From an uncultured Acidimicrobiales bacterium (GTDB lineage: Bacteria > Actinomycetota > Acidimicrobiia > Acidimicrobiales > Ilumatobacteraceae): 64,000 nucleotides of DNA. A program made the translations under genes and the position numbers. Location: the NCBI GenBank assembly GCA_963791625.1, contig CAWBTA010000005.1:138508-202507 (forward strand). Reading direction: 5' to 3'. Shown here piece after piece: positions 33,400-44,661 of this stretch (within the stretch, counting starts at the first letter, position 1; each line of letters starts with the position of its first letter). The notes under the pieces are model-generated. The model was given only the letters and a program-made list of their open reading frames with translations. It was not told where the DNA came from and made no database searches.

Positions 33400-34890
33400 A
33401 TGAGCCTGGCTGACCAGATCTCGGCGGCACGCACCAGCCCCGAATCGCTGCTGGTCATACCCTCCTCTCGTCGCGCCGTGCCGCCGCGTTTCAACCGGCT
33501 GCGTGCCCTCCTCATCGCGTTCGACACTGCTGCGCTGTTTGGTGCCTGGATCCTTGCCGCGCTCCTCCACTGGAGTCAACGTCCGCTCTGGGGAAACGTC
33601 CTCGTCGTCCTCGGCTCGGTGGCTTCCGGTTTGTGGCTTCTGAACGCCCACGACCTGTACTTGGCACGCATCTCCACTATTCGAACGGTGGAGCTTTCGC
33701 GGGTGAGCAGGTCGGTAGGGCTGATCGGCGTGGCCAATTATCTTGCCCGCAGTCTGATCGGTTACCGGTTCCAGCAACGCGACATCGTGGCCGGTATGGC
33801 GCTCACGATGGTGCTCATGTTTCTCGGCCGTGGTGCCTATCGCGCTTGGCTCACTGCCAGTCGACGAGATGGCCGCTTCCTGCGCGATGTACTCATTGTG
33901 GGCGCCGGACCCGAATCAGCCGACATTCTCGACGTGCTCGAAGATCACCCCGAGGCCGGCTACCGAGTTGTGGGCATCGTCGGTGATCGTGACGACGCCG
34001 TTTCTGCCGGGCTCGGTCATCTCTGGTGTGGCAGCCCCGAGGACACCCTTGACGTATTAGAGGGCCGCCGTGCCGGCGGCGTCATCATCTCCACCAGTTT
34101 GATCGAGAGCGAAGAACTGGGCGATCTCGTGCGCAGGTTGCAGGAGCGAAAAATACACATCCAACTTTCGAATGGAGTGAAAGGTACCGATTTCCGTCGG
34201 ATGCGTGCCACACCCATTGCCTACGAGCCCTTCTATTACATCGAGTCATCGGTGCTGGCTCGCGGTCAGGATCTCGCCAAGCGAGCGCTCGACCTCGTGA
34301 TGGCGACGTTCGGCATGATCCTGGCAGCGCCCTTGTTTGCGGTGGTCGGCCTCATCATAAAACTGCAGGACGGCGGGCCGGTCTTCTTCCGTCAGGTTCG
34401 CGTCGGGCAGGACGGCCACCACTTTCGCGTGCTGAAGTTCCGCACGATGGTCATCGACGCCGAGGCGCAACTGGCCGCCCTTGAAACCGCCAACGAACGA
34501 AACGGGCCGCTGTTCAAAATGGACCGTGACCCTCGCATCACCCGCATCGGACGTTTCCTGCGGAACTCAAGCCTCGACGAACTCCCCCAACTCGTCAACG
34601 TGTTGCGGGGCGAAATGAGCATGGTCGGACCGCGGCCTGCGCTCCCCGCGGAGGTCGCTAACTTCGATGACATCCTGCTGAACCGCACCAAGGTTCTCCC
34701 AGGCATTACCGGTCTGTGGCAGGTGGAAGCACGCGACAATCCGAACTTCTCCGCCTATCGACGGCTTGACCTCTTCTATGTCGACAACTGGTCGATTTCA
34801 CTCGACCTCATCATCATGATGGCCACCATCGAACAGGTTGTCGCCAAGCTCGTCTTCTCATTGTTCCGGCGAGGCGACGTACGCGATTAG
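33400..34890 (+). CDS. Polyprenyl-phosphate hexose-1-phosphate transferase (WbaP/bacterial sugar transferase family)
   Basis: N-terminal TMs, central Rossmann-like domain, C-terminal PF02397 signature (RVGQDGHHFRVLKFRTM...GPRP...LPGITGLWQV). Confidence 0.85.
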   Translation: MSLADQISAARTSPESLLVIPSSRRAVPPRFNRLRALLIAFDTAALFGAWILAALLHWSQRPLWGNVLVVLGSVASGLWLLNAHDLYLARISTIRTVELSRVSRSVGLIGVANYLARSLIGYRFQQRDIVAGMALTMVLMFLGRGAYRAWLTASRRDGRFLRDVLIVGAGPESADILDVLEDHPEAGYRVVGIVGDRDDAVSAGLGHLWCGSPEDTLDVLEGRRAGGVIISTSLIESEELGDLVRRLQERKIHIQLSNGVKGTDFRRMRATPIAYEPFYYIESSVLARGQDLAKRALDLVMATFGMILAAPLFAVVGLIIKLQDGGPVFFRQVRVGQDGHHFRVLKFRTMVIDAEAQLAALETANERNGPLFKMDRDPRITRIGRFLRNSSLDELPQLVNVLRGEMSMVGPRPALPAEVANFDDILLNRTKVLPGITGLWQVEARDNPNFSAYRRLDLFYVDNWSISLDLIIMMATIEQVVAKLVFSLFRRGDVRD

Positions 34891-34899
34891 GATTCCCGC

Positions 34900-35325
34900 A
34901 TGGCCAGCAAAAAAGCGTATCTCGATCACCTGCGGAATGTGCCGCTGTTCAGCAGCTGCTCCACGAAAGAACTTGAACGTATCGCCAAAGCCGCCGATGA
35001 AATTTCGGTACCCGAGGGTCATCTGCTGTGCGACCAAGGGCAAACCGGGCGCGAGGCGTTCATCATTCTTTCCGGGTCCGCGCTGGTGAAGCGCAACGGC
35101 AAGAAGATCACCATCGTCGGCCCCGGCGCCATGGTTGGCGAGCTCTCGCTGCTCGACCACGGCCCTCGCACCGCAACCGTGACGACCAACAGTGCAAGCA
35201 CGCTGCTGGTGATCGACCAGCGTCATTTCGCCGCGGTACTGGCCGACGTGCCGACGCTGTCGCGCAAGTTGCTTGCTTCGCTCGCGGGTCGTATCCGTGA
35301 CCTCGATCGGACCATGTTCGGCTGA
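34900..35325 (+). CDS. Cyclic-nucleotide-binding domain protein (stand-alone cNMP domain, no HTH)
   Basis: GxGAMVGELSLLDHGPRTATV matches the cNMP-binding phosphate-binding cassette. Confidence 0.7.
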   Translation: MASKKAYLDHLRNVPLFSSCSTKELERIAKAADEISVPEGHLLCDQGQTGREAFIILSGSALVKRNGKKITIVGPGAMVGELSLLDHGPRTATVTTNSASTLLVIDQRHFAAVLADVPTLSRKLLASLAGRIRDLDRTMFG

Positions 35326-35366
35326 ATCGGTGTGTGCTCGTCCGGCCGAGTAGTTTTCGGCCTGCT

Positions 35367-37631
35367 ATGAGTGCAGATTCCCATGCTCCTGCGGCTGCTC
35401 CGGCGGGCCCGCGCAAAATAAAGCCGTACCAACTCGTCGCCGGGTTTGGCGCCGCGTTCGGTCTCTTTACCGTGGTGTCGGGCATTGTCCCGTTACTCAC
35501 CAAGTGGCACGACAAGTCGGAAGTGAGCCGCGAGCCGTTCGTCGGCATTCCCGGCCCCATCCAATTGATGTTCTACCTGGTCACTCCGGTGCTGCTCGTG
35601 TACACCGCGTTGCTCTTCGCTGACCGCATCCGCAACTGGGAGCGGGGCGGGCCCGACAACCGTCGCACCACTCCGCAAAACGCCAAGCGGCGCCTGGCTG
35701 ACTTCCGCGCCGGCGTCTACATGAAGACGCTGCTGCGCGACCCGGCTGCCGGCGTCATGCATTCGCTGATGTACTTCGGCTTTCTCATCCTGCTCGCCGT
35801 CACCACGGTGTCCGAGATTGATCACCAGATGCCACCCGCAGGCAAGTTCCTGCACGGTGGTACCTATCAGGGCTTCGCGTTCATTGGCGACGTCGGCGGC
35901 ACCATGTTCCTGGCCGGCATCGTGTGGGCCATGGTGCGTCGCTACATTCAGCGGCCCTACCGCATCCGCGTGAAGTCTCGCCCCGAGCACGCCATCGGGC
36001 TTGGTCTGTTCCTTGTGCTCGGCCTGTCGGGGTTCGGCGCCGAGATGTTCCGCATTGCCGAGCAGTGGCACAACGGCAAGGACATGAGCTTCGAGAAGTG
36101 GAGCTTCATCGGCTACCCACTGGCATCAGCAGTGAAGAACCTAAGCAGCCTTCGCGGCTGGCACCAGGGCTTCTGGGTGCTGCACGTGGTGTGTTTCTTT
36201 GCCTTCTTGATCATGTTGCCCATCACCATGTTGCGCCACATGATCACTTCGCCCATCAACATGTACCTCAAGGATCGTGAACGTCCGAAGGGCGCCATGA
36301 AGGCCATGCCGAACCTGACCGAAACCGAGCTCGAAACGTTCGGTGCGTCGGTGGTGGAAGACTTCACGTGGAAGCAGTTGATGGATACCGACGCATGCAC
36401 CATGTGCGGTCGCTGCACCAGCGTGTGCCCGGCCAACGCGACGGGCAAGAAACTCGACCCGCGCGAAATCGTCCTCAAGACCGGCGCGGTCATGGCCGGC
36501 TCAGCGCAACACGCCCACGTGTCGTCGCCCATCAGCGGCTACGCCAAAGTGTCGTCCAGCTCGCTGTTCGAGCTCATCTCGGCCGAAGAAGTATGGGCCT
36601 GTACGTCGTGCCGGGCGTGCGATGAGATCTGCCCGGTCAACATCGAAATCCTCGACAAGATCCTCGACATGCGGCGCTATCTCACGCTGATGGAATCCGA
36701 CTTCCCCGCCGAACTCGGTGGCGCGTTCCGCGGCATGGAGAACCAGGGCAACCCGTGGGGCATGAGCCAGGGCGAGCGCGCCGACTGGGCCAAAGACTTC
36801 CCCGACGTGCAGGTCGTCAGCCCGGGTGAGCCAATCACCACCGAGTACCTCTACTGGGTGGGTTGCGCCGGATCATTCGACGACAAGAACAAGAAGGTCA
36901 GCCAGGCCATGGCCAAGCTGATGAAGCGCGCCGGCGTCGACGTGGCCATCCTCGGACCCTCAGAAATGTGCACGGGTGATTCGGCCCGTCGCTCGGGCAA
37001 CGAGTACCTGTTCCAGATGCTGGCTATGCCGAACATCGAGATGATGAACGGCATGGGCGTGCGCAAGATCATCACCCAGTGCCCACACTGCTTCAACACC
37101 ATCAAGAACGAGTACCCGCAGTTCGGCGGCAACTACGAAGTGGTGCACCACAGCCAGTTCCTTGAGCACCTGATCGCCACCGGCAAGCTCGACGTCTCGA
37201 CGGCGTCGCTCGAGGAGCGCATCGTCTATCACGACAGCTGCTACCTCGGACGTCACAACGACATCTACACCGCGCCCCGCAAGGTCATTGGTTCGTTGAA
37301 GGGCATCGACATCATCGAGATGCCCCGCAACGGCACCAAGGGCATGTGCTGCGGCGCTGGCGGTGCGCGCATGTGGATGGAAGAAAATGTCGGCACCAAG
37401 GTGAACGACGAGCGAGCGCTCGAAGCGATTTCCACCGGCGCCTCGCGCGTCGCCACGGCCTGCCCATTCTGTTACATCATGATGGACGACGGCGTGAAGG
37501 CGGCAGGCAAGGAGGAGCACGAGGTCAAGGTGGCCGACATCTCGCTCCACCTGCTCGAAGCCATTGAGCGGGGCGAGGCCATGGCGTCTTCACCCGAAGC
37601 GCCACTCGCAAGTCCGGTTGCCGGAGAGTGA
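35367..37631 (+). CDS. Membrane-anchored Fe-S/CCG-domain oxidoreductase (HdrD/GlpC-like, Rv0338c-type)
   Basis: N-terminal ~6 TM domain; two 4Fe-4S motifs ([24 protein letters not shown]); two CCG-type Cys-rich domains (CPHCFNT..., CPFCYIM...). Confidence 0.8.
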   Translation: MSADSHAPAAAPAGPRKIKPYQLVAGFGAAFGLFTVVSGIVPLLTKWHDKSEVSREPFVGIPGPIQLMFYLVTPVLLVYTALLFADRIRNWERGGPDNRRTTPQNAKRRLADFRAGVYMKTLLRDPAAGVMHSLMYFGFLILLAVTTVSEIDHQMPPAGKFLHGGTYQGFAFIGDVGGTMFLAGIVWAMVRRYIQRPYRIRVKSRPEHAIGLGLFLVLGLSGFGAEMFRIAEQWHNGKDMSFEKWSFIGYPLASAVKNLSSLRGWHQGFWVLHVVCFFAFLIMLPITMLRHMITSPINMYLKDRERPKGAMKAMPNLTETELETFGASVVEDFTWKQLMDTDACTMCGRCTSVCPANATGKKLDPREIVLKTGAVMAGSAQHAHVSSPISGYAKVSSSSLFELISAEEVWACTSCRACDEICPVNIEILDKILDMRRYLTLMESDFPAELGGAFRGMENQGNPWGMSQGERADWAKDFPDVQVVSPGEPITTEYLYWVGCAGSFDDKNKKVSQAMAKLMKRAGVDVAILGPSEMCTGDSARRSGNEYLFQMLAMPNIEMMNGMGVRKIITQCPHCFNTIKNEYPQFGGNYEVVHHSQFLEHLIATGKLDVSTASLEERIVYHDSCYLGRHNDIYTAPRKVIGSLKGIDIIEMPRNGTKGMCCGAGGARMWMEENVGTKVNDERALEAISTGASRVATACPFCYIMMDDGVKAAGKEEHEVKVADISLHLLEAIERGEAMASSPEAPLASPVAGE

Positions 37632-38506
37632 AGGGCATCATCCTGGCCGGGGGTTCCGGTACGCGACTGCACCCGGTGACCCGATCGGTCTCCAAGCAGT
37701 TGCTGCCCGTGTACGACAAGCCGATGATCTACTACCCGCTGTCGGTGCTGATGCTGGCCGGCATCCGAGAGATTCTGATCATCTCCACGCCGCACGACCT
37801 TCCTCTGTTCGAGCGGCTGTTCGGAACCGGAGCCGACATTGGTGTGCAGTTCTCCTACGCCGAGCAGGCAGCGCCCAACGGCCTGGCCGAGGCGTTCATC
37901 ATCGGCCGGGAGTTCATCGGTGCCGACGACGTGTGCCTGGTGCTGGGGGACAACATCTTCCACGGCGAGGGCCTGTCGAAGATCCTGCGGTCCGCGGCCC
38001 ACGACATTGCCGACCACGGGGGCTGCCAGCTCTTCGGCTATACCGTCTCGGACCCCGAGCGGTACGGCGTCGCCGAGGTCGATCACGACATGCGCATCCT
38101 GTCCATTGAGGAAAAACCGTCGGCGCCCAAGAGCAACATGGCCGTCACCGGGCTGTACTTCTACGACAACACCGTTGTCGATATCGCTGCAAACTTGGAG
38201 CCGTCACGTCGAGGTGAGCTGGAGATCACCGATGTCAATCGCCACTACGTCGAGGCTGGCAAGGCGCATCTGCAAAAGCTTGGGCGCGGTATGGCCTGGC
38301 TCGATACCGGCACCCACGATTCGCTGCTGGAGGCCGCCACGTTCGTGCAGGTCTTGGAGCATCGCCAGGGCGTGCAGATCGCCTGTATCGAAGAGATCGC
38401 CTTCGAGAACCGCTGGATCACATCCGACCAGCTGTCGACCCTGGCCGAAGCCCTGGGTAAGTCCAGCTACGGCCAGTATCTCCGCCGCGTCGCGGCCGCA
38501 GTCTGA
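37628..38506 (+). CDS. rmlA: Glucose-1-phosphate thymidylyltransferase
   Basis: [18 protein letters not shown]...[14 protein letters not shown]; the GTG start overlaps the upstream stop (GTGA). Confidence 0.9.
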   Translation: MKGIILAGGSGTRLHPVTRSVSKQLLPVYDKPMIYYPLSVLMLAGIREILIISTPHDLPLFERLFGTGADIGVQFSYAEQAAPNGLAEAFIIGREFIGADDVCLVLGDNIFHGEGLSKILRSAAHDIADHGGCQLFGYTVSDPERYGVAEVDHDMRILSIEEKPSAPKSNMAVTGLYFYDNTVVDIAANLEPSRRGELEITDVNRHYVEAGKAHLQKLGRGMAWLDTGTHDSLLEAATFVQVLEHRQGVQIACIEEIAFENRWITSDQLSTLAEALGKSSYGQYLRRVAAAV

Positions 38507-38518
38507 CGGTATCGTCCT

Positions 38519-39118
38519 CTAGAGATACAGGTCTGCGACGCAGAAGGTGATGTTGGGGCAGTCAAGGGTGAGCTCGTCTTCGGCCCCATGCACGGTGTGT
38601 ACCCAAAGGTCTCCAGCGCGCCGATGCCGTATGACGAAAGGCTCCTCCGGATCCGAACTCACCATCAGGTAGTTCTTCAACGTCGGAATACTTGAGTACT
38701 GACCCAGTTTCACCGTTCGATCGATCCCCTGCGTCGACGGCGATAGCACCTCCACGATGAGACAGGGACTGGTCTCGAATCGATCGTTCTCCCCGCTGCA
38801 GGTGACCATCACATCCGGGTAGAACACGCTGCCCGTGGTAACAACGAGAAGGGCCAAATCAGCCACGAACGCCTCGCACCCTTGGTGGCGCGCAGCCGCG
38901 TGGAGCAAGGCGTGAATGTTCGACGAGATCCGAGCGTGTGAGCGGGAGCCGCCGGTCATGGCGTAAACCACACCGCCAACGAACTCATGACGGAGTTCCT
39001 GGGTGTCTTGCCACCCCCAGTACTCCTCAAGCGTCATGTGGTACGGGTGCCCGTACATCTTCTCCAAAGCGCTCACGCCATTCATCCTACTGGCTTCGCC
39101 TCGTGCACTGAGGTGCAC
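38519..39118 (-). CDS. Uma2-family (DUF820) endonuclease
   Basis: PD-(D/E)xK-like core ...PDVMV...LIVEVLSPST...D...K...Y typical of Uma2. Confidence 0.7.
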   Translation of the reverse strand: MHLSARGEASRMNGVSALEKMYGHPYHMTLEEYWGWQDTQELRHEFVGGVVYAMTGGSRSHARISSNIHALLHAAARHQGCEAFVADLALLVVTTGSVFYPDVMVTCSGENDRFETSPCLIVEVLSPSTQGIDRTVKLGQYSSIPTLKNYLMVSSDPEEPFVIRHRRAGDLWVHTVHGAEDELTLDCPNITFCVADLYL

Positions 39119-39377
39119 GGGGTCAGGCCCGATAGGTTGTAGGCGTGCTGCACGCGGTTTGGGATGACGGGCTGGTCATCTTCGGGTATCGAGGGCGAGT
39201 GCTCGACCGCAAGACGGTTGAATCTTTCGCGTCCACTCTCTTCATTGGGCTCGACGATCAGCAGTCGAACGTACTGGAACTGGCGGCTCCGGGCCGACGT
39301 GGGCCACTTGAAGTGCACTCACTCCGCATCGAAATTCACGACGCGACCGAGGCCTTTCTGCAGCGCGCCTGGGTGCC

Positions 39378-42071
39378 GTGGCGCAGCCTCAGCCCGTCGC
39401 TGGCGTGGTTCGCGGCGCGGCCCGGTTGAGTCAGGATGTGGCGCAGGCCGGTCTGGTGTTGCCGTCGCTCATGGTTGACACCGACGGACACGGTGTGGCG
39501 AGCTGGCAGCCCGTCATCAACGACCAGATCGGTGGTCGACTGGCCGACCTCACCCGCACGATGCCGACCGTCGTCGGTGCCCTTCGTCCGTCGCTCGAAG
39601 CCTGGCAGATCACCTCCATGGTCACCACCGCGTTCACCGACGACGCCGTTCGCCTCACGTTGGCCGAAACACCAGTCGCCGATCCTTCGCCCAACAGCCG
39701 CAGTGCCGACGATGTGGTGGCGCGCCGCTTCCTGGGAGCGCTGGCCTCGCGCGACTCTGGCGTCGGAGCGCGGTCGCCGGCGGAACATGCCGCGTTGCAG
39801 CATCTCGCCCAATCGGTGACCCGCTGGACATCGCCGGGAGTCGGACGGTCGGCTACAACCGACATTGCGGTCATGCTGCGCGTCGTCGAGCCGAATGATC
39901 TCGACATCCAGGAAGGCAACGAGCTGGCCGACCTCGATCCCGAGGAATTGCCGTGGCTGGTGGAGATGGTGCTGGCTCCACTCAGCGACCAGAGTCTGTT
40001 GATTCCTGCAGCCGATGTGCTGGCGGATTCGAACAAGGCCGCGTTGTTGAACCTCACCCCGGCCGAAGTCGGGCGCGCCATCAACTTGGCCAAGCGCAGG
40101 GTCGTGCGGGCCGCGCCGTCGTTGGCTGCAGCCTTGGCCGATGATCACGCGACAACCGCTGCACTGCCGCTGGCCGAGATCATCACGTTTCTGCGCGCCG
40201 ATGCGTCACGCCTCGAACTGGCCAAGGTGCGGGTGCTGCTGCCGACCTGGTGGGCGAAGAAGCCGCGCACCAAGGTGAAGGGGGAGGCGAAACCAAGCGA
40301 TGCGCCAGTCACATCCGGCGGGCTCGATGTGGCCTCCATCGTCACCGTCGACTGGCAGGTGGCGCTCGACGGCGAGACGCTCACGTCTTCGGAATTGACC
40401 CGTTTGGCGGAGGCGAAGCAGGAGCTTGTCTACATCCGCAACAAGTGGGTTCGCTTTGACCCCGACAGCATCGCCCAGGTGCTCACGGCGCTGACCCGGG
40501 TGAAACGCGAGCGGTCTACGTTAAGCGCTATTGAAGTCGTACAGATCGGCGCCGATGCCGACCTCGAAGTGTCAGGTGAAGGATGGGTCGAAGAGCTGCT
40601 GGCCGGTCTGCCCGACGACCGCATTACGCCCCTTCCCGAACCCGTTGGTTTCGTCGGGAATCTTCGGCCGTATCAGCAGCGCGGCCTTGGTTGGCTGGCA
40701 TTCCTCCAGCGCATCGGTCTGGGCGGTTGCCTGGCCGACGACATGGGCCTTGGTAAGACGGCACAGCTCCTGGCCCTGCTCGCCCACGAGCGCCAAGGCG
40801 GCACGACGGTGTGGCCGACGCTCGTTGTCTGTCCGCTCTCGGTCGTGCGGAACTGGGAGACGGAATCCGCTCGATTCACACCCGGGTTGAAGGTGCTGGT
40901 CCTGCATGGTCCCGGTCGCCCGAAAGGTGATGAACTGGCGGCGGCCGTTCGCGGTCACGACCTCGTGGTCACCACGTACGCCACCGCCACACGCGATGCC
41001 GTGGCGCTCGCGGCGATTCGTTGGGATCGCCTCGTTGCCGACGAGGCGCAGAACGTGAAGAACCCGAGTACCACCGCCGCACGCGCGCTACGTCGGATTC
41101 CTGCCCGACAAAAGGTTGCCCTCACCGGCACCCCGGTGGAAAATCGGTTGTCCGAACTGTGGGCCGTGTGCGATCTGGTCAACCCGGGTCTGCTCGGCAA
41201 CGCCACCAAGTTCCGTCAGCACTTCGCGGTGCCGATTGAGCGGAACCGTGACGTGGAGCGGACGGACGAATTGCGGGCGATGGTGCAGCCGTTCATGTTG
41301 CGTCGCTCAAAGGCTGACCGCTCGCTCGTGCCCGACCTGCCACCCAAGTTGGAACAAGTTGCGTATGCAACGTTGACGAGAGAGCAGGCAACGCTCTATC
41401 AGTCGGTCGTTGACGTGCTGCTCTCCACGCTCGATCATCTCGATGGCATTGACCGGCGTGGCGCGATCCTGGCGGCGATTACGCGGCTGAAGCAGATCTG
41501 CAATCACCCGGCTCACTACCTGGCCGATGGCAGCGTGCTGGCGGGGCGGAGCGGCAAGCTCGCTCGCTTCGACGAGTTGGTCGGCGACCTGCTCGACGCC
41601 GACGAGAAGATGCTGGTCTTCACGCAGTATCGGGAGATGGGTCTCATCCTCGCTCGACATCTTCGCGAGCACCTGAGGCTCGATGTGCCCTTCCTGCATG
41701 GCGGCGTGTCAAAGACGAAGCGCGACAAAATGGTCGACCAGTTCCAAGAGGGTGCCGGCGGGCCCATTCTGCTCGTGTCGCTGAAGGCGGGTGGCAGCGG
41801 TCTCAACCTCACTGCTGCCAGCCAGGTGGTGCACTACGACCGCTGGTGGAATCCGGCCGTCGAAAATCAGGCCAGTGATCGGGCTTGGCGCATCGGTCAG
41901 ACGCGCACCGTGCTCGTGCACAAGATGGTGTGCCAGGGCACGGTGGAAGAACGCATCGATGCACTGATCGAAGGCAAGAAGGACCTGGCCGACCGTGTGG
42001 TCGGCTCCGGCGAAGGTTGGATCACCGAACTGACCACGTCGGAAATCCGAGATCTGCTGGTGCTGCGATGA
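39378..42071 (+). CDS. SNF2-family helicase (HelZ-like)
   Basis: SNF2_N motifs (LADDMGLGKTAQ, DEAQNVKN), helicase C (motif VI QASDRAWRIGQTR), long N-terminal domain. Confidence 0.9.
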   Translation: MAQPQPVAGVVRGAARLSQDVAQAGLVLPSLMVDTDGHGVASWQPVINDQIGGRLADLTRTMPTVVGALRPSLEAWQITSMVTTAFTDDAVRLTLAETPVADPSPNSRSADDVVARRFLGALASRDSGVGARSPAEHAALQHLAQSVTRWTSPGVGRSATTDIAVMLRVVEPNDLDIQEGNELADLDPEELPWLVEMVLAPLSDQSLLIPAADVLADSNKAALLNLTPAEVGRAINLAKRRVVRAAPSLAAALADDHATTAALPLAEIITFLRADASRLELAKVRVLLPTWWAKKPRTKVKGEAKPSDAPVTSGGLDVASIVTVDWQVALDGETLTSSELTRLAEAKQELVYIRNKWVRFDPDSIAQVLTALTRVKRERSTLSAIEVVQIGADADLEVSGEGWVEELLAGLPDDRITPLPEPVGFVGNLRPYQQRGLGWLAFLQRIGLGGCLADDMGLGKTAQLLALLAHERQGGTTVWPTLVVCPLSVVRNWETESARFTPGLKVLVLHGPGRPKGDELAAAVRGHDLVVTTYATATRDAVALAAIRWDRLVADEAQNVKNPSTTAARALRRIPARQKVALTGTPVENRLSELWAVCDLVNPGLLGNATKFRQHFAVPIERNRDVERTDELRAMVQPFMLRRSKADRSLVPDLPPKLEQVAYATLTREQATLYQSVVDVLLSTLDHLDGIDRRGAILAAITRLKQICNHPAHYLADGSVLAGRSGKLARFDELVGDLLDADEKMLVFTQYREMGLILARHLREHLRLDVPFLHGGVSKTKRDKMVDQFQEGAGGPILLVSLKAGGSGLNLTAASQVVHYDRWWNPAVENQASDRAWRIGQTRTVLVHKMVCQGTVEERIDALIEGKKDLADRVVGSGEGWITELTTSEIRDLLVLR

Positions 42072-42721
42072 GTGTTGGCCCGACCCTCGGTCACATTGGC
42101 CGTCTGCTCGCCGCCCTAGCTGACAGCGGGCGCCTGGTGCGTGGCCATGAGCTGGTGGAAGACGGTCGTGTGCGCGACCTCATCATTGCGGCCGAACGCA
42201 TTGAAGCCGTTGTATGGGGTTCGCGCCACGACCCCTATGAGGTCATCATCCATGTGCCATCGGGTGGTGAGTTGCCGACGGATCCTCGCCAGCTCCGGTT
42301 TTCCTGCACCTGCCCCGACTGGGGCGACCCCTGCAAGCACGCTGTTGCCGTAGCGTTGTCGGCCGCCAACGAGTTGGATGGCAACCATCGACTGCTGAAG
42401 ACGCTGCTGGGCGATGCCGCTATCGCGCCCGGCCAGGAAGACCCACTCGACGTAGCAGCCCGCGAGCGATCAGTTGTCGTTGCAACCACCGTCTCGCCGC
42501 CGCGTGAACGACCGACATGGGCGCAGGATCTCACGGAGGGAAGGCCGCCTACGACCGTTGAAGGTTGGCTCGGCGAGGACCCCGGTCGCCAACCCGCCGT
42601 CCCTCCCCTCGAGGAAGACCCGACGGAACTCTTCTTGTCGCTCGGCGCACTTCACGTAGGTGACGGTCCGGACCTGGCACCGTCACTCCAGCTGTTGATC
42701 TATCGCCTGACCGAGGGCTAA
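42068..42721 (+). CDS. SWIM zinc-finger protein (partner of the SNF2 helicase)
   Basis: CTCPDWGDPCKHAVAV matches the SWIM CxCxnCxH finger; ATGA overlap with the helicase stop. Confidence 0.8.
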   Translation: MSVGPTLGHIGRLLAALADSGRLVRGHELVEDGRVRDLIIAAERIEAVVWGSRHDPYEVIIHVPSGGELPTDPRQLRFSCTCPDWGDPCKHAVAVALSAANELDGNHRLLKTLLGDAAIAPGQEDPLDVAARERSVVVATTVSPPRERPTWAQDLTEGRPPTTVEGWLGEDPGRQPAVPPLEEDPTELFLSLGALHVGDGPDLAPSLQLLIYRLTEG

Positions 42722-43890
42722 CCCCGTGACGCGGCGACCGCGTCGAGATAGGCCTGACTCGCGGGCAGCTTCGGCGAGCCCGTGCCGCGCCAGTCGTACA
42801 ACTCGGAGAAGAGCCACACATACTTGTCGGTACTCTTGCGGGCGGCAGTCAGAATGCTCTGCAGTTGCTCGGGCGTGTACGGGCCCTCTGAGCGCCTGAT
42901 GTTGCCGTCCATGGTCTGACTCGCAACCAGAACGGTGGACTTGTACGTGGCTGCCGTGACTGCGCCGGAAGGGACCAGGGGCCCCTTGCTGTCGGCCAAG
43001 CCGGACTTCTGCCAGGCGTACGCCTTTTGAAAGTCCTGCGGTGTGCGCTGGTAGTAGCTCTCGCCACCGTCGATCAGCGTGGCCTTTGACCCTGCCACCG
43101 ATTCGACCATCCCGACGAAGAACGGACCAGCCAGCTCGTTCGCCCACGCCACGTCGTTGCCACCCATGTTCGACTGCCGGTAGGACGCCTTGTCGGAAAT
43201 GGCAGCGCCGCGCAGGGAGAAGATCACGCCGGTTGGCCAGGCTTCTTTGATTGCATCTGCAACTTGTTTACCGCGTGCTTGCGATTTCGCCTTGGCATCG
43301 TCGGGCAGTGACCATGGCCGAACCGGCGCCTTCGAGTAGTCGACCGGCGTCGGGATGGTGTCGTAGTCCCACGGATTCGGCCCCTTGCCGTAGTACTCGG
43401 TGTCGACCATGACGCCATCGAACATGCCCGTGGTCTGTGCCGCTTTGGCGTAGATGGCCAGGTTGGATGCGATGGTGGTCCACGCCGCGTCGTTCTTTAC
43501 GTCGTAGGGGGAGGGCTTTCCGGCCTCGCCATCGTCGTAGATCCGGCAAAGCAGAAAGTTGTGCACCACCTTGGTCAACTTGGGCATCGCCGCCATATCT
43601 GCCTGCGCTGCGGCTTCATCGATGGGCTTCACGCTGCAAGGGTTGACGGCTGGCAAGATCGTGATTCCGTCAAAAGGAAGCGCATCGATCTTGGCCGCGT
43701 TCTTCGCCGTGACATCAACCTTGGCGGCGTCGAAGCCGTGCTCGATCAGGAGCGGTTTGACATTCGGTGGTGGCGTGACCGGCGACGGAGTTGCGGTCTT
43801 CTTTCCGCATCCGCTCAGCACCCCAACAATCAGCGCCACGACCACTCCTGCGTGCCACAATGTCCGACGCGAAGCTCGCCTAGGCGTCAT
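42718..43890 (-). CDS. Conserved hypothetical lipoprotein
   Basis: Signal peptide with lipobox VLSGCG; start taken at the internal Met (MTPRRASRR...); no assignable catalytic motif. Confidence 0.55.
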   Translation of the reverse strand: MTPRRASRRTLWHAGVVVALIVGVLSGCGKKTATPSPVTPPPNVKPLLIEHGFDAAKVDVTAKNAAKIDALPFDGITILPAVNPCSVKPIDEAAAQADMAAMPKLTKVVHNFLLCRIYDDGEAGKPSPYDVKNDAAWTTIASNLAIYAKAAQTTGMFDGVMVDTEYYGKGPNPWDYDTIPTPVDYSKAPVRPWSLPDDAKAKSQARGKQVADAIKEAWPTGVIFSLRGAAISDKASYRQSNMGGNDVAWANELAGPFFVGMVESVAGSKATLIDGGESYYQRTPQDFQKAYAWQKSGLADSKGPLVPSGAVTAATYKSTVLVASQTMDGNIRRSEGPYTPEQLQSILTAARKSTDKYVWLFSELYDWRGTGSPKLPASQAYLDAVAASRG

Positions 43891-43980
43891 TGTCTGTTCG
43901 GCACCCGCCGCCGGTTGCTCCGTCACGATGTGAACGTTAGACGGAATCATCATGTCGGCGGGAGCGCCGATCTTCGGTCT

Positions 43981-44544
43981 CTAGTGGAAGTTTTCGTGAT
44001 AGCGGCTGGGAGTCGGGCCACGTTGGCCCTGGTACTTCGAGCCGGATGCGCCTGAGCCGTACGGTTTGTCGGCCGGTGTGGTCATGGTGAGGAAGCTGAT
44101 CTGGCCCACCTTCATACCGGGGTACAGCGTGATGGGCAGATTGGCGACGTTCGCGAGCTCCAAGGTGACGTGACCGTCAAAACCGGCATCGATAAATCCG
44201 GCAGTGGAATGGATAAGCAGGCCCAACCGGCCCAAGCTGGACTTGCCTTCGATGCGGCCGACGAGATCGTCCGGGACGCCCACACGCTCAAGGGTGGCCC
44301 CGAGTACGAACTCGCCAGGGTGCAGGATGAAAACGCCGTCCTCGGCCACTTCGACTTCTTCGGTCAAGAAGCGCATGTCCTGCTTGAGGTCGATGATGCC
44401 GGCCGAATGGTTGCGAAAGATGCGGAAGAACCGGTCGAGCTTCACATCAACGGAAGACGGTTGAATGCACGACTCATCGAGTGGATCGAGCACGATGCGC
44501 CCGGCCGCCAACTGTTCACGAAGAGACCGATCAGACAGGATCAC
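43981..44544 (-). CDS. dcd: dCTP deaminase (dUTPase-fold)
   Basis: [18 protein letters not shown]..., [15 protein letters not shown]. Confidence 0.9.
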   Translation of the reverse strand: MILSDRSLREQLAAGRIVLDPLDESCIQPSSVDVKLDRFFRIFRNHSAGIIDLKQDMRFLTEEVEVAEDGVFILHPGEFVLGATLERVGVPDDLVGRIEGKSSLGRLGLLIHSTAGFIDAGFDGHVTLELANVANLPITLYPGMKVGQISFLTMTTPADKPYGSGASGSKYQGQRGPTPSRYHENFH

Positions 44545-44661
44545 GAGCGAGACGTTAGTTATGTTTGGTCGACGGAATGCAATGCTCTGGGCTGGTCGCT
44601 CAGATCGGGCAGGATGATGACTGCCGCTTGTTCGGAGTTGGTTCGCAGAGGGGGATAGAAC

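Noticed and set aside
39336-40148. 270-aa minus-strand ORF
   Set aside because: Antisense to the SNF2 helicase N-terminus.
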